From positions 102,548,001 to 102,612,000 of the forward strand of contig OX638153.1 in assembly GCA_951804945.1 (NCBI GenBank): DNA of 64,000 nt. The letters are read 5' to 3'. The notes beneath the pieces are model-generated. The model did not search any database. It worked only from the letters and a program-made list of their open reading frames with translations, and was not told the DNA's origin. Shown piece after piece: positions 23,894 to 35,973 of the stretch (position 1 is the stretch's first letter; the number at the start of each line of letters is the position of its first letter). The position numbers and the translations under genes were made by a program. Origin of the DNA: Podarcis cretensis (Eukaryota).

Positions 23894-26267
23894 CTGCACA
23901 AGAGGAAAGGCAAGTCAGAGCCCTGCAGGATTAGGCCAGGGGCCCCTCCACTCCAGCATCCTGTTCTGCTTCTATTAGAAAACTCGTAATCAGGATTCGA
24001 ACCCAAGAGCAGCTCTGCCCTCCTGCCGTTTCTGGAGAGCAGCCCCACTCCCCCCCCAGGCCTGCCCCCCTTGCTACATGTGTCCCTTGTCCTACCAGGT
24101 GTTTGTAAGCAGCAAATGAAATTGACAACCGCCCCCCCCCAAAGTGAGCTCCTGTTGAGTTTCACACTGTGGGCCCCCAATCTCCACCCCAAGAGCTCAC
24201 ATTCCCCACAGATTTTCTGGCCAACTTCCCTTCTCAAATCTTTTGTCCTGAGTGTAGGGGGGGGGATTCTGGGAAGCCACCTCTGAGCACCCCTTGTGCC
24301 CATGTGCAGCTTCTGCTAGGATCCCAAATACGCCCCTCCCCCCGGAGCACCCACTGCTGGCACCTACCGATAGACAGGCTGCATCTCGTGGACGATGCCA
24401 ATCACGGCCCCTTCTGGGAAGTTGTCAAACTCTTCAAAGAGTTCCCGGATGTTAGTCCTGTACTCCACATCAAGGTCCACCTGGATGATCCGTGAAATCT
24501 CTGTGGGGGAGGGGCAACGAGGAGCCTCTGAAGCACCTTCCCTGCCCCCTTGGTGCTCCCCAGGCACAGCTTCCACCCCCCCCTCCAGGGAGGCTTCATT
24601 CAGCCCCCACCCAGAGGAAGAGGCCAGGGACCAAGACCATACATGGAAGTCAGGCAGAGGGCAGGGGGTGGGTCATGGGGGCTCAGTAACTGTATATTGC
24701 ACCTTCTCCCCTCTCCCTGCTGCACTGAGATGAAGGGGGGGCAGTCTTTGTGGTGCATTCTGGGACAGGGTTTTCTGCTGCCAATGGCAGGGGGAGGCAG
24801 CATGGAACACTTTCCTTGTTAGGTGAAAGACACACACAGAGAGAGAAGCCCCTGCCGCCCCCCCCCCCCCCGTCCCCATCCTCTGGCGGTGGCTGTGGGC
24901 ACAGCCCCTTCTGCCCCAGTGGGGCACCTCGCCTACTCAGTCTGACTTTGGCCATCTCACCTGGCACTGTCACCCTGGCCGAGCCCACCCCCTGGACCCC
25001 AAGCGCCAGGCAGGAGCGCCAAGGATGCCAGGGAGACGCAGGGAGGGGGCAGGTGGACGGGGGGGGTGCTGCCCACCTGCCTGCTGACCTTTGGGCAGGA
25101 CGCGGTGCATGGCCAGCGAGAGGAAGAAGAGGGCGTCGCCATAGTAGGTTCCGGCGCCGGCGCTGAAGAGCTTCTGCATGGCCTCGACCAGGGGAAGCAG
25201 CTTCTCGGCCACCACGTCCACGTCGTGGAAGACCACCTGCGGGAAGCGGGAGAAAGAGCCGTCAGGGGGAGGCGGGGACCGAAGGGGCTTGGCGCGCCTG
25301 GCCTGGGGAAGCGGCAGTGGCGTAGCCTGGGTTGTCAGACCCGGGGCAAGGCAAGGCATTTGCGCCCCCTAACCCTAAGCCCCATGGGACGCAGGTGGCG
25401 CTGTGGGTTAAAGCCTCAGCGCCTAGGACTTGCCGATCGAAAGGTTGGCGGTTCGAATCCCTGCGGCGGGGTGCACTCCCGCTCCTTGGTCCCAGCGCCT
25501 GCCAACCTAGCAGTTTGAAAGCACCTCCGGGTGCAAGTAGATAAATAGGGACCGCTTACCAGTGGGAAGGTAAACGGCGTTTCCGTGTGCGGCTCTGGCT
25601 CGCCAGAGCAGCGATGTCACGCTGGCCAGGTGACCCGGAAGTGTCTCCGGACAGCGCTGGCCCCTGGCCTCTTGAGTGAGATGGGCGCACAACCCCAGAG
25701 TCTGTCAAGACTGGCCCGTACGGGCAGGGGTACCTTTACCTTTACCTTTAACCCTAAGCCCCAGATGTTGCACCGCCCCCCCCCCCCCGCACGGCGGGAG
25801 CGCACCTTGTGCTGGAAGTGGGCGCTGCGCAGCGCGTCTCGGAGGACGGCCTTCCCGACGGGGCGGCTGGGCGCGTCGCTGAGCAGGTGCAGCACGAGGG
25901 CCTGGCGCGGGCCCAGCTTGGCGAAGCGCGCCAGCGAGCGCAGCGCCGCCTCGGCCTTGGATCGCAGCGCCGCCTGGCGCTCGGCCTTGGCCAGCAGCAG
26001 CAGCACGTGCAGCTCGGCCTCGCCCGCCGCCCCCGCCGCCGCCCCCGCCGCGGCCAGCAGCTCCTCGCCCGCCTTGGCCTTGCTCTCCCCCCCCGAGGGG
26101 GCGGCGGCGGCGGAGGAGGAGGGCGGCGGGGGCGCGCGGGGCTCGGGCGAGGCGGGCCAGCGCGCGTAGTAGAGGGCGCACAGCGCGGCCAGCGCCGCCG
26201 CCGCCGCCAGCGCGCACGGAGGGGGGGGCCGCAGCAGCCACGCCGGAGACCCGGCCAGACGCGCCAT
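23497..26267 (-). CDS. XXYLT1: XXYLT1, xyloside xylosyltransferase 1 (GT8 family), span of 4 exons, 1140 nt = 379 aa + stop
   Basis: Type II membrane N-terminus, DxD motif (VDLD), GFNSGVLLLNL, HLGDQDFFT, WNRQLC and YHGNCNTPIP. Four-exon structure and synteny with ACAP2. Confidence 0.96.
24368..24500 (-). CDS. XXYLT1: XXYLT1 exon 3 (EISRIIQVDLDVEY...EMQPVYR)
   Basis: 133 nt, CACAG / GTAGG, contains DxD. Confidence 0.95.
25089..25236 (-). CDS. XXYLT1: XXYLT1 exon 2 (VVFHDVDVVAEKLL...MHRVLPK)
   Basis: 148 nt, CGCAG / GTCAG. Confidence 0.95.
25386..25750 (+). mobile_element. Full-length Sauria SINE (Squam1) in XXYLT1 intron 1
   Basis: GGGACGCAGGTGGCGCTGTGGG head, GGTTCGAATCC B box and (ACCTTT)n tail. 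15-bp TSD TAACCCTAAGCCCCA at 25370-25384 and 25749-25763. Confidence 0.92.
25806..26267 (-). CDS. XXYLT1: XXYLT1 exon 1 (MARLAGSPAWLL...HFQHK)
   Basis: GCCGAGCATGG Kozak context, 462 nt, donor AAG|GTGCG. Confidence 0.9.
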
Positions 26268-26900
26268 GCTCGGCGGCGGCGGCGGCGGCGGAAGAGGCGG
26301 ACCCGGCAGCGCAGCAGCAGCAGGAGGAGGAGGAGGAGGAGGGGCTCCCGGCGCGGCGAGGGCTGCGGGGCACCGCCAGCATCCCGCGGAGATGAGCGGG
26401 GAAACACCCAGCGCGGACCCAAGACAGGACTTCTCCGCCAAAGGGTCCCAACGCAGATTTCACCCCCCCGGGATGCCTCTAAAAGAGGACCGGGGAAATT
26501 AAGGGAGAGAGGGCTGGAGGGCTTCCAACCTGCATTTGCGCTCGGATCCAGCTGGGCCGCCACTGCCAGAGCAGGATGCGGGGCGGGGGGCTCGGCCCGA
26601 TCCAACAGACTCTCTCTCTCCTCGTTTCCCCTGGGCTGCCTCGGTCCAGCTGCAGAGCGGGAGGCCCGCCTGGGTGCTGCGCTCTTCCCTCCTGGAGAGC
26701 TCTGGCCCGGGGGCCTCTGGCGGGGCCCCTGCCAAGCGAAGAAGGGCCCCCCTGTAGCCCGAGGAGACAAGGCGGCAACGGGCAGGAGCCGGGGGGGGGT
26801 GGAGGCAGCCTGTCAGGCCCCGAGGTACTCTGCAGGGAGGGTGTGCGGGCGACAGCCCAGAGGCAAACAGGAGGTTCCCTGCCTCTCCATCACGGATACC
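26268..26900 (-). promoter_or_regulatory. XXYLT1 CpG-island promoter/5'UTR
   Basis: Very high GC/CpG content, GC boxes, (GCC)n leader before the ATG. Confidence 0.7.
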
Positions 26901-26924
26901 TGAGAAGCCCACAGACGGGACCCA

Positions 26925-27790
26925 TTGGCACAAGAGCATTCTCCTCTCCTAGCCTTGCTCTCCATGAATTTGTCCTCTTTTAAAGTCACCCAGTGGTGGC
27001 CCTCACTGCCTCCTAGGGAGGGAGTTCCAGAATTTAGCTCTATGCTGTGTGAAGGACTGTCTGTTCTCTGTCCTGAATCTTCCAATATTCAGGTTCATTG
27101 GATGTCCAAACCTCTTTCCACTTTCTCTTTAAAAACTTCCGGACACTGCAACTTCTCCATGGGGTGTTGGTTCCACCCCCCCTTGATCATTTTGGTTACT
27201 CTTTTCTGAACCTTTTCCAACTTTTTCAGGTGAGGCAACCAGAACCGTACCTGGCATCTCAAATGTGGCCACACCATAATTTGTATAACAATAGCATTAT
27301 GAGATGGGCAGTTTTGAGATCCTTTCCTAATGATCCCTAGCACGGAATTTGCCTGTTTCACAGCCACTGCACACGGGGTCGGGGTCTTCATGGCGCTGTC
27401 CACTGTGGTCCTGAGGTCTCGTTCCTGGTCAGTCACTGCCAGTTCAGACTCCAAGAGCATGTATGTGATTTTTTTGTGTCCTGACATGCATCGCTTTACA
27501 CTTGTTTTCACTGAATTGCACTTGCCATGTTGCAGCGCCTTCGCTACGTTTGGAGAAGTCCTTTCGGAGCTCTTCACAATCTCTTTTTCAACCACCCTGA
27601 ACAATTTAGCATCACCAGCAAACTTGGCCCCCTCCCTGCTCACCCTGACTCTAGATCCTTTTAGAACCATTTAGAAACCATTTAGAAAGCACAGGTCCCA
27701 ATCCCGATCCTTGGGGGCCTCCACTTTCTCCATTTGGAGAACTCCCCATATTCCTTCTCTTCTTGCAAAACCAGTTCCTGATCCATAACA
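26925..27790 (-). mobile_element. Old CR1 ORF2 fragment between ACAP2 and XXYLT1
   Basis: AKFAGDAKLFRVV, AVKQANSVLGIIRKG, LEKVQKRVTKMIKG. Confidence 0.85.
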
Positions 27791-28503
27791 GGACCTTTCC
27801 TCTTTGTAAGCTCAGCTTTGTCAAAAGCTGGGTTTTTTAAAAAATAAAATCTTTACTAATATATTCCACTAGTTTTCCTGGGGCAGGCATTTTTAAAAGT
27901 GGGTGTTAGAACATGCTGGGGGGCAGATTGAGCCCAGTGACTTGGCCAGAGTCTCCACCATTCCAATGTTGAGGTACCACGGTCAGTAGTTGCAAGCCTT
28001 AGATGGTCCCACAAGCTGCTCTTGGCTGGGAAATGCTGCCCCCGAGAGGGAGGCTACAAGGGCAGTTTGAGGACACAGATGATGGGGGGGGGAGGAGAGA
28101 AAGTTACCATCAGGGAAGATACAAGAGAAAACTGCTTTGCAGTTTCATTTCAGCCAAGTGATACATAAATCTTGTGAAGGACATAAATAAGACAAGCTCT
28201 CCCCTGCTGTCTGCAAGCAGCCCCACCCAAGGAGGGAAGGCAGCTCAAAAGGGGTGGGGTGGGGGAGATCCAGGTGGGAAGAGATTCCTGCAGATTCCCC
28301 CCCCCCCCCGCTCAGCATATCTACACCCAGCTTCCCTTCCTCCCCAGCCACTCTGATTGCATTTTCCAGGTGATACAACTGCTAACAAACTGCAAACAGC
28401 ATCTATTACTCAAAGCAGCGTTTATGTATAAAAAGGAGGGATGAGCTTTCAAGGAGGAGGCAGGGCGGGGGCTAGTCTTGGTGTCCCCCCAGCCCCAGAG
28501 CCT

Positions 28504-28607
28504 TCAGGGCTTCTGCACATCTGACGGATGAAAGCGGTTTAGCTTCTCGGGGTTATTGGACGCCATTTGTGAGAAGTCTCGAAAGATGTCCTGGTAGGTT
28601 TCGTCTC
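28504..28607 (-). CDS. ACAP2: ACAP2 terminal exon 23 ([34 protein letters not shown])
   Basis: TGCAG acceptor, TGA at 28504-28506. Confidence 0.95.
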
Positions 28608-31600
28608 CTGCAAGAGGAAGGGGGGGGGGGGAAATGGCATTGGAGAATTGCGCTTCAGTGAAGGGGGCGGCAGAGGAGCACAGCCATCTGCTGCCCCTCC
28701 CAAGAACAGCATCCCGGTGGCTGAGCATCCAAGGCTTCAGCTGGGTAGCATTCCCACCGTGAGCATCTCCTACTACTCCAACACCCCCCCCCCAAAAAAA
28801 ACCAGCGTCCTGCTGCTTGCCTAAAACTTGCAGTGCAAACTTCACTTGCAAAGTGGTTCCCCCAAGTGGGCCCAGGCGCTGAGGCCTCCCCTGTCCCCTC
28901 CAGAGCCTCACCACTTGAAGGTGCTTTTATTTAGGACTCTGGTCCTGCCAGACCATAATACTCCAGCCCAGAAGGGCTTCCACAAGCCTTCAGAAGTCCT
29001 GCCCCTGCCCAGCTGTGACTCCCAATGTGCTCAAGGTGGGCAAAGCAATGCCTGTCCCACAAGGGAGAAAGGGGGTTCACGGGTCCCATTTCTCCATCCA
29101 GAAAAGCCGCCCTGCATCTGCTCCCAAGCCCTGGAAAAGCAACAGAAAAAGTCAGACTCTACCTGAGGAGAGAACCTCAAAGGCAGCCAGAGAGAGGAAG
29201 CTCAACGTTAGAGAAACAAAAGATGCTGGGAGGAAGGAAGGAAGGAAGGAAGGAAGGAGAAAAAAGCAGCTTCCCACAAACCCAGGCAAGAAGAGCACCC
29301 CAAAATTGACCCCAATCGCTGAGCAAGGGAATGGGGAGTGGAGGTGACAGCAGGAGCCAGGGAAGACCTGGGATTCTTGTGCGTGGGGTGGAGAAGTCTC
29401 TTCTGGCCACCTGGCTTTGGCAGGGAGGGCCCAGCCCTTTCTACTTCCTGGCCTGCCCTGAAATTGCCTTGACTTCCACTGGGGCCAGAGCAGGCTGGCA
29501 GTACATTCAAGTCGGCCTCAGGAGAGTCGGGGGGGGGGGGCAGGCACAAGCCAGAGGGGCCCAGGAGGGCCAGCAGCGGCTTCTCTGGGGACTGGGCACC
29601 CCCTTTGCCATTTCCCCCCAAGGAAAACAGGAGCTGCTGCTGCTGGGCATTTGTGCCACGTGGACTGAAGTGGGCCTGGGAAAGACCTCCCAGGGGCCCA
29701 GGCCTCATTGGCAAGACTTACCCACCAAAGGCACCCCTGGGTGCTCTTTGGTAACATTCAAGGTGCAGCGTCTCTGAGACAGACAGGGTGCTGCTGCTCC
29801 TGGATGGGTAAAGCTCAGCTGCCCAGCAGAAGCTGTTTCGGGGGACATTCTCTTTGGGTTCAAGTTTTGGCCACTCGAGAAACAGAAACTCCCGTATGAA
29901 AAGAGAGGAAACATAAAGTGCCCTTGAATTTCACACTGTGCTGCATTCGAGGATCAGTAGCCAGACACATTCAAAGGACCTGTGTGCATTAATAGTGCAA
30001 AATGATGCGCTGCTCTCCAGCCCTGACTCCCCAAACCCAACTGAAAAGGCACCAACCGGGGAGAGAAGCGGGTGCAGGAGGCTCCCAGGGGCGGAGGATG
30101 GGGGGTGCAGTGGGGGCGGACACCCCAGATGTCTTCACTAAGGGGGGGTGACATTTGGCAGTCATAGGCGGGCAGTGCGCTGAATGTCCGCCATTGGGAG
30201 CTCGCTCCGCCCCCAGCTGCAGTGTGTGCGTCACTCCGTGCACCAAAGCAGCTATCCCACACCTGGGAGGGCACCCTCTGTGCCCCCCCCCAGGGCCCCT
30301 GATCCAAGGGACTGTGGATCTGCCAGCGAGGCTGGGCCAGGAGGGGAGAGGAAGATGGGGGCACCAGCACTTGCCAGGCCGGGAAGGAGCCCCTAGGGAG
30401 GGGAGCAGGAGGACAGCTGCCAGAGCCCCCTCTTCAGGGAGGAGGGCAGAGCCAGGACTCAGCCAGGGCAGCAGGGGGCTTGGACGGCCAGGCTGGCCTC
30501 CAGCTGTGTTTCTGGGCAGGGACCCTGGACCCCCAGCCCAGCCCTGCGCTCTTGCAGTGACAATGGCCACCGAGAGAAGAGGGCCTCTGGTGGGGAACTC
30601 CATTTCTGCCCTCCTGGGCTACTTGTCATCATCTACCTTTGCAAGAGGGCCTGGCAGCTTCTTCTGCTCCTGCCGGGCCCTGGAAGGGCGGCTCTGAGCT
30701 CCCTGAGCAACTGCAGCCCTCCTCCCTTGCTTTTGATTGCCAGCTCCTCGCCCACGGGGCGACCCCAATGCCCAGGGCCAAAGGCTCCCGGCAGCCCCCG
30801 GGTAAAGGTCCCAAGCTCGAGGGATGGGGAGAGGGGCAGGGGGGTCCCCCCCACCCCAGCCAGCAGCAAAAGCAGCGCAAGGGAGGCAGAGGCAGGCGGA
30901 CTTGGAGGCAGAATTAGGCAGGGACGGAATTTGACCTTTCTTGGCCCAGGTTCCTGGAACGCTCTGAGCTGATTCCTCCTGACAATGGGCCTGATCCTGC
31001 CCAGGCTGCTGCCATCTCTCCACCCTCCCCCAATTCTCTGAAGAGCACATACAATAGCCAATGCCCCCCCCCCATGAAATATACTGGCTGGACGGGGCTT
31101 TCACAGCCCATCCCCTCAACGCTCTGGTGCAATTATGAAGCAGGGGAAGGCTGGCTTTGCAGTGTGGCCAAACCGCCGCCCGCCCCCCCGCCTTTCTCTG
31201 AACAGGGCTGTGCCAAAAGGGGCTTTGTGGGCCTTGGCGCCCCGTGGGGGAGGGAAGCGGAAAAGCGGCTGGAGCAGGAGGCGGCTGCCCACTCAGGATC
31301 TCTCCTGGGAAGAGAGGCAGGGGCCGTTCCTGGCTCTGCTCTGAGTGCAGCAGAGTGCCGGGGGGGCGGGCAGGCAGCCCCTCCCACCAGACCAGCAAGG
31401 GCTCCGTTCAGGCCTCATCCAGCTGCAGGCTAATGAACTCCTGGATGCACTTCCGGTATTGCATCTCAGTGGGGTTACTGGAAGGTTGACCTGGCTGGCC
31501 GTAGAGTCCCTCGGATTCCCGCATCTCCTCGTTCATCCTGGCTAAGCGCAGCCTGCGAGGAGGAGAGGGCACAGGGTGAGGTGGGGCGGAACCTGAAGTG

Positions 31601-34568
31601 GGTGGCCTTGCAGCACCCACCACCCGCCCGGGAGGCAGCCCCTCTGAGCTCTTCCATCCCCAGCAAGGATGGGAAAGCGGGGGCCTCCATGTGTCCCTGG
31701 GCTGACCAAGGCCCAGCTGAGTGGACGGCATCACGCCTTGGGAAGAGGTCATATCTTGATTGCCAGCTGCTTTTCTCCGTCTCCAAGGCTGGCAAAAGAG
31801 AAAGTGGCCTGGAGGCCCTGGGCAAAGAGAACCCAGCCCCCCGGCCACTGTGCCCCACTCTGAGCTGACAGGCTCTGTGGTCTGACAGGGCAGCTCTGCC
31901 CCTGGGGTGCCAACTGGGGGGGGGGCAGCCTTACTCACAGCGTCACTATATCCGCGTTGGCAGCTTCAATGGCCACACTCAGGGGGTCCTTCCCTTCCTC
32001 GTCCGTGGCGTGTTGATTGGCGCCTCGTTTCAGGAACAAACACACCTGCCTGCAAAGAAGAGGAGGAGGAGGAGTTTGGATTTGATATCTCACTTTATCA
32101 CTCCCCTTCAGGAGTCTCAAAGCAGCTCACAACCTCCTTTCCCTTCCTCCCCACAAAGAGGAGGGGAAACACTCTGTGAGGTGAGTGGGGCTGAGAGACT
32201 TCAGAGAAGTGTGACTGGCCCAAGGTCACCCAGCAGCTGCATGCCTGCCATCTCTTCTCCCACAAAGAAGGACCCCCCCTTGCTCTCCTCCAGGCCTGGC
32301 CCTTCCCCCTTACTCTGCTAATTCATTAATTGTCATTGTTCATTAAATTTCTATGCTGCCCTTCATCCAAGGATCACTGGGCGGTTTACAATATAAAGAC
32401 ACAGTAACAAACAAACAAAAAATAAGGCCTCGCCCTCAGTTTAAAATGCAGATTGTTTAATTAGCCAAAGGCTTGGGAGAAAAAAAAGTTTTTACCTAAA
32501 GAGATGCAGCGAAGACGCCTGGGGAGCCTCCCTGGGGAGAGCATCCCACAAACAGATGAGGAGCCACCACAGAAAAGGCCCCTTCAAAATAAGCACCATG
32601 CAGAGGCTTCTCAAGGCCCTTCCTCCCCACCCCCACCAAGAAGGGCAACGAGAAGCGCACCTACCCAGTGTGCCCCAAGACGGTGGCATGGTGGAGGGGG
32701 CCCCTGCCCTTGGTGTCCCGGAGGTTCACGTTGGCCCCGTTCTGGAGCAGGAATTCACAAGTGACCAAGGAGCCCTACGGAGAAGACCACAGCTGAGCTG
32801 GGAGCCCAAAGAAGGCCTCAGACCCACCTCCTGGCTCTCCACCTCTGCCAGCTGCCTGGCACCATGGGGCCGGAAGAAAGCAAGGCTCACCCCCAGGACG
32901 GCCTGGATCAGCGGTGTGGACCTGCCCTCTGCTGCATTGACCCAGTTGACGTCCGCTCCATGCGCCAGCGCCTCGGCCATGCCAGGAAGGCTCTTCTGGA
33001 AGGAGGCCAAGTACAGCTGCAGCCCTGGAACATCTGGACGGGCGCCTCGGGAAGCGGAAGCAGCAGCCTCAGGCCTTTCAGCCTCTGGAAAGGGGGGGGG
33101 AGAGAAGGAGGCGTGACTCCCCAAACACCCTTCACAGAGAGAGGAGATCCGGTGGACTTTCAAAAGGCTTTGGACAAAGCACCTCACCCCAGACTCCCGA
33201 GGAAGCTTAGCAGAGGAGGAAGAAGAGGAGAGGCCCTCTCGTGGCTTCAGTTTCAGGAAGCAGAGAGCAGGAATCCACAGACAGTTCTCCAAAGGGAGAA
33301 AGCAGAGTCCACCCAGGATCGGGACTGGGACCTGGGCTTATTCTAAATTGTTCCTAAAGGATCTAGAGTCAGGGGAGAGCAGGCAGGGGGCCAAGTTTGT
33401 TGGTGACGCTAAATTGTTCAGGGCGGTTAAAACGGAGAGATTGTGACAAGCTCCAAAAGGGCAAACAGAAGGGCACAAAATAGGCAAATAACGTCAGTTC
33501 CCCATGCTCCTTTGATCCTGGCATCGCAGGGGGCTGGACTGGGTGACCCTCATGGTGGCAACTCTACACTTCTAGGATTGTACACCCCTGGGGTCCAGAC
33601 TGGAGGTGGTGGACAAGACCTTTGGGACACAGCGGGGAGGGGAGAGGCAATGGTTTGGCCATGCCAGGCTGCCTCGACTGGCGTTCCGCCCACAAAACCC
33701 ACCTGGCTCATACAAGGTGCTGGCTGAGACGGCGGAGGCCAGCTGCTCCCTGCTGTGCTGGAAGCCGCTGTCGTTGCTGCGCACTGTGGGAAGAAGCAGC
33801 ATGGCCATGAGACGCCCTCACAGCAGCGTGGCACAAGCACCCGAGCGGGCTCTCGCCTCCCAAACCCCGGGTGGAAAAACAAGCACTGTCATGGAAGCCC
33901 CACGGCTCTCAGACTCCGTCTCCCCTTCAGAAAGGGGCAGCCAAAACAAGGAAGGGGGTGGCAGGACTCCCCTGTGAAGAACGGTTGCAGCACTTTCCAG
34001 TTTAGAGAAAGGGCGAGTAAGGGGGGAAATGATGGAAGTTTGTAGAATTATGCATTGCATGAGAGAGAATGGAGAAAAAAATTCCTTCCTCTCTCATAAC
34101 AGAGATTGTGGGCAATCAATGAGAAGAAGAATCTTGGAAGATTCAGGATAGAGAAAAGTAAGCCCTTTTCCACCCAGAACATAGTGGAACTGTGGAACTC
34201 CCTCCTGCAGGAGGTAGTAACCCATCTAGATGGCTTTAAAAGAGGAGGGCTAGCAAAGGTTCCTAGCCAGGGGGCTCAGCTCTGCTTCCACAGCTGGAGG
34301 CAGCGATGCTTCTGGATTCTGCGGGGGGGGGGGCCTGCTTTTGGACTCAGATCCGCTTGCTGGTTTCCCACAGACTGCTGGTCGGCCCCTGTGAGAAGAG
34401 GATGCTGGACCGAGGGGCCACTGGCCTGATCCTGCAGGCTCATCTATGTTCTCAGGTTCCCTTCCAAGGTGTACACAACAAGCAGGTGAAGGACAGGCAA
34501 AGGGAAGCGCCAAGCAGGACACTGGGTAGGTGAGAAAGAGGCACAAGGACAGCTCAGAGGGAGGGAAG

Positions 34569-34628
<60 letters not shown>

Positions 34629-35913
34629 TACTTACTACTCCGCAGCTTTGAGGCAGTATCAAAGTAGGAGAAGAGTGAATCTAGCTCATCGGGGCAGAAC
34701 AGGGATTCCCGCCTCACCTCGTCGCTACTGACACCAACCCCTGGGGGCATGCAAGTTAGCAAAGCAGAGCCCAGCAGGCAGGAGGAAGGAAAGAAGGAAG
34801 GAAGGAAAGGAGGAGGAAGAGGAGGAGGAGGAGGAGGAGGAGGAGGAGAGGGAGGAGAAGCAGCCAGTTAGTACAGGGTGGGCAGCAGAGGCACAACAGC
34901 CCTCCCAGAACGGCTCCCAGGGAGATTCTGCAGGAAACAGGACCTCTCTGCGCTTCATCCAGCCTTGCGCAAACCTAGGAGAATTCCTGACTGCCCCTTG
35001 TCCATCTCTCCCCACATTCGCCCCACTGGCCCTTTCCGCGGCAGTGCCAGAGCCCACCTGAAACCCCTTGGCCACCACACTTTGCCATGATGCACCCACC
35101 TGGGTCTTCACAAGGCTCTCCCCCCCCCCCCATTGCTAGGAGCCCCAGTGCTCCCCTTCCACCCCCAGAGCGAGGCCTGCCCCCCAGCAAGGCTTCCCAC
35201 TGCCTCCCTCTCAAGCTGCCTGGGCAGTGCCAGCCTCCCTCGGGAGGCAGCTCAAGAGCAAACGCTCCCTTTCCTTGCGAAGGCAGAACGTCCACATGAT
35301 CCGGACTCTGTTTCTTATTTCCTTGAGGGATGGAAGTCAGAAGAGGGGGCAGAGGAAGGAGGAGAGTTCTGGCTCTTCCCCACCGAGCCTCTCGCGGCAC
35401 ATCGGTGGAAGGGACCCCTACCTCTCAGAGCTGCCGCTGCCGCCATTTGCTCCTTGGCTGTTGGGGGGGCCTCCTCTTCCTCGGCTCTCCCCTCCGGGCT
35501 GCCGCTGTGCCTTTGAGGCCCCTGGCTCCGAGGGCGAGGTTTCCCTCCGGAGGCAGCAGGACACCTCTCCACAAACCTCTTCTCCACGTACTTGGCGCGG
35601 ATGTACTCCTCCCTCTCCTGCCTGCGCAAGGGGAAGAGGCCAGGTGAGCAGACAGGGCTGTGTGTCTGGGGGGGGGGGGCGGTCTGCGGCACATGCTGGC
35701 CTGCCTTGCAGGGGTGCAGGGAGGAGGCTGCAGGACACTGCTCCTTGCAAAAACCCAAACAAATCAATCTTGCACCTCTCAGAATAAGAGAGGTGTCAGA
35801 ATGCATTTCCTCCCTCAGATTTTGCACTGCACTGAATTTTGCACTGCACCAAATACTTGGGCCCCCAAAAGATAACAAAACATGTTTTAAAATGCATATT
35901 TACAACAAAGGGG

Positions 35914-35973
<60 letters not shown>

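Noticed and set aside
25705-26903. Long overlapping ORFs (252, 338 and 364 aa)
   Set aside because: These are alternative or antisense frames of the very GC-rich XXYLT1 exon 1 and promoter, with low-complexity R/P/G/A content and no domain.
21830-27790. Two same-orientation CR1 fragments flanking XXYLT1 as a composite transposon
   Set aside because: They are old, diverged, independent LINE fragments, and XXYLT1 sits in its conserved syntenic position with its introns.
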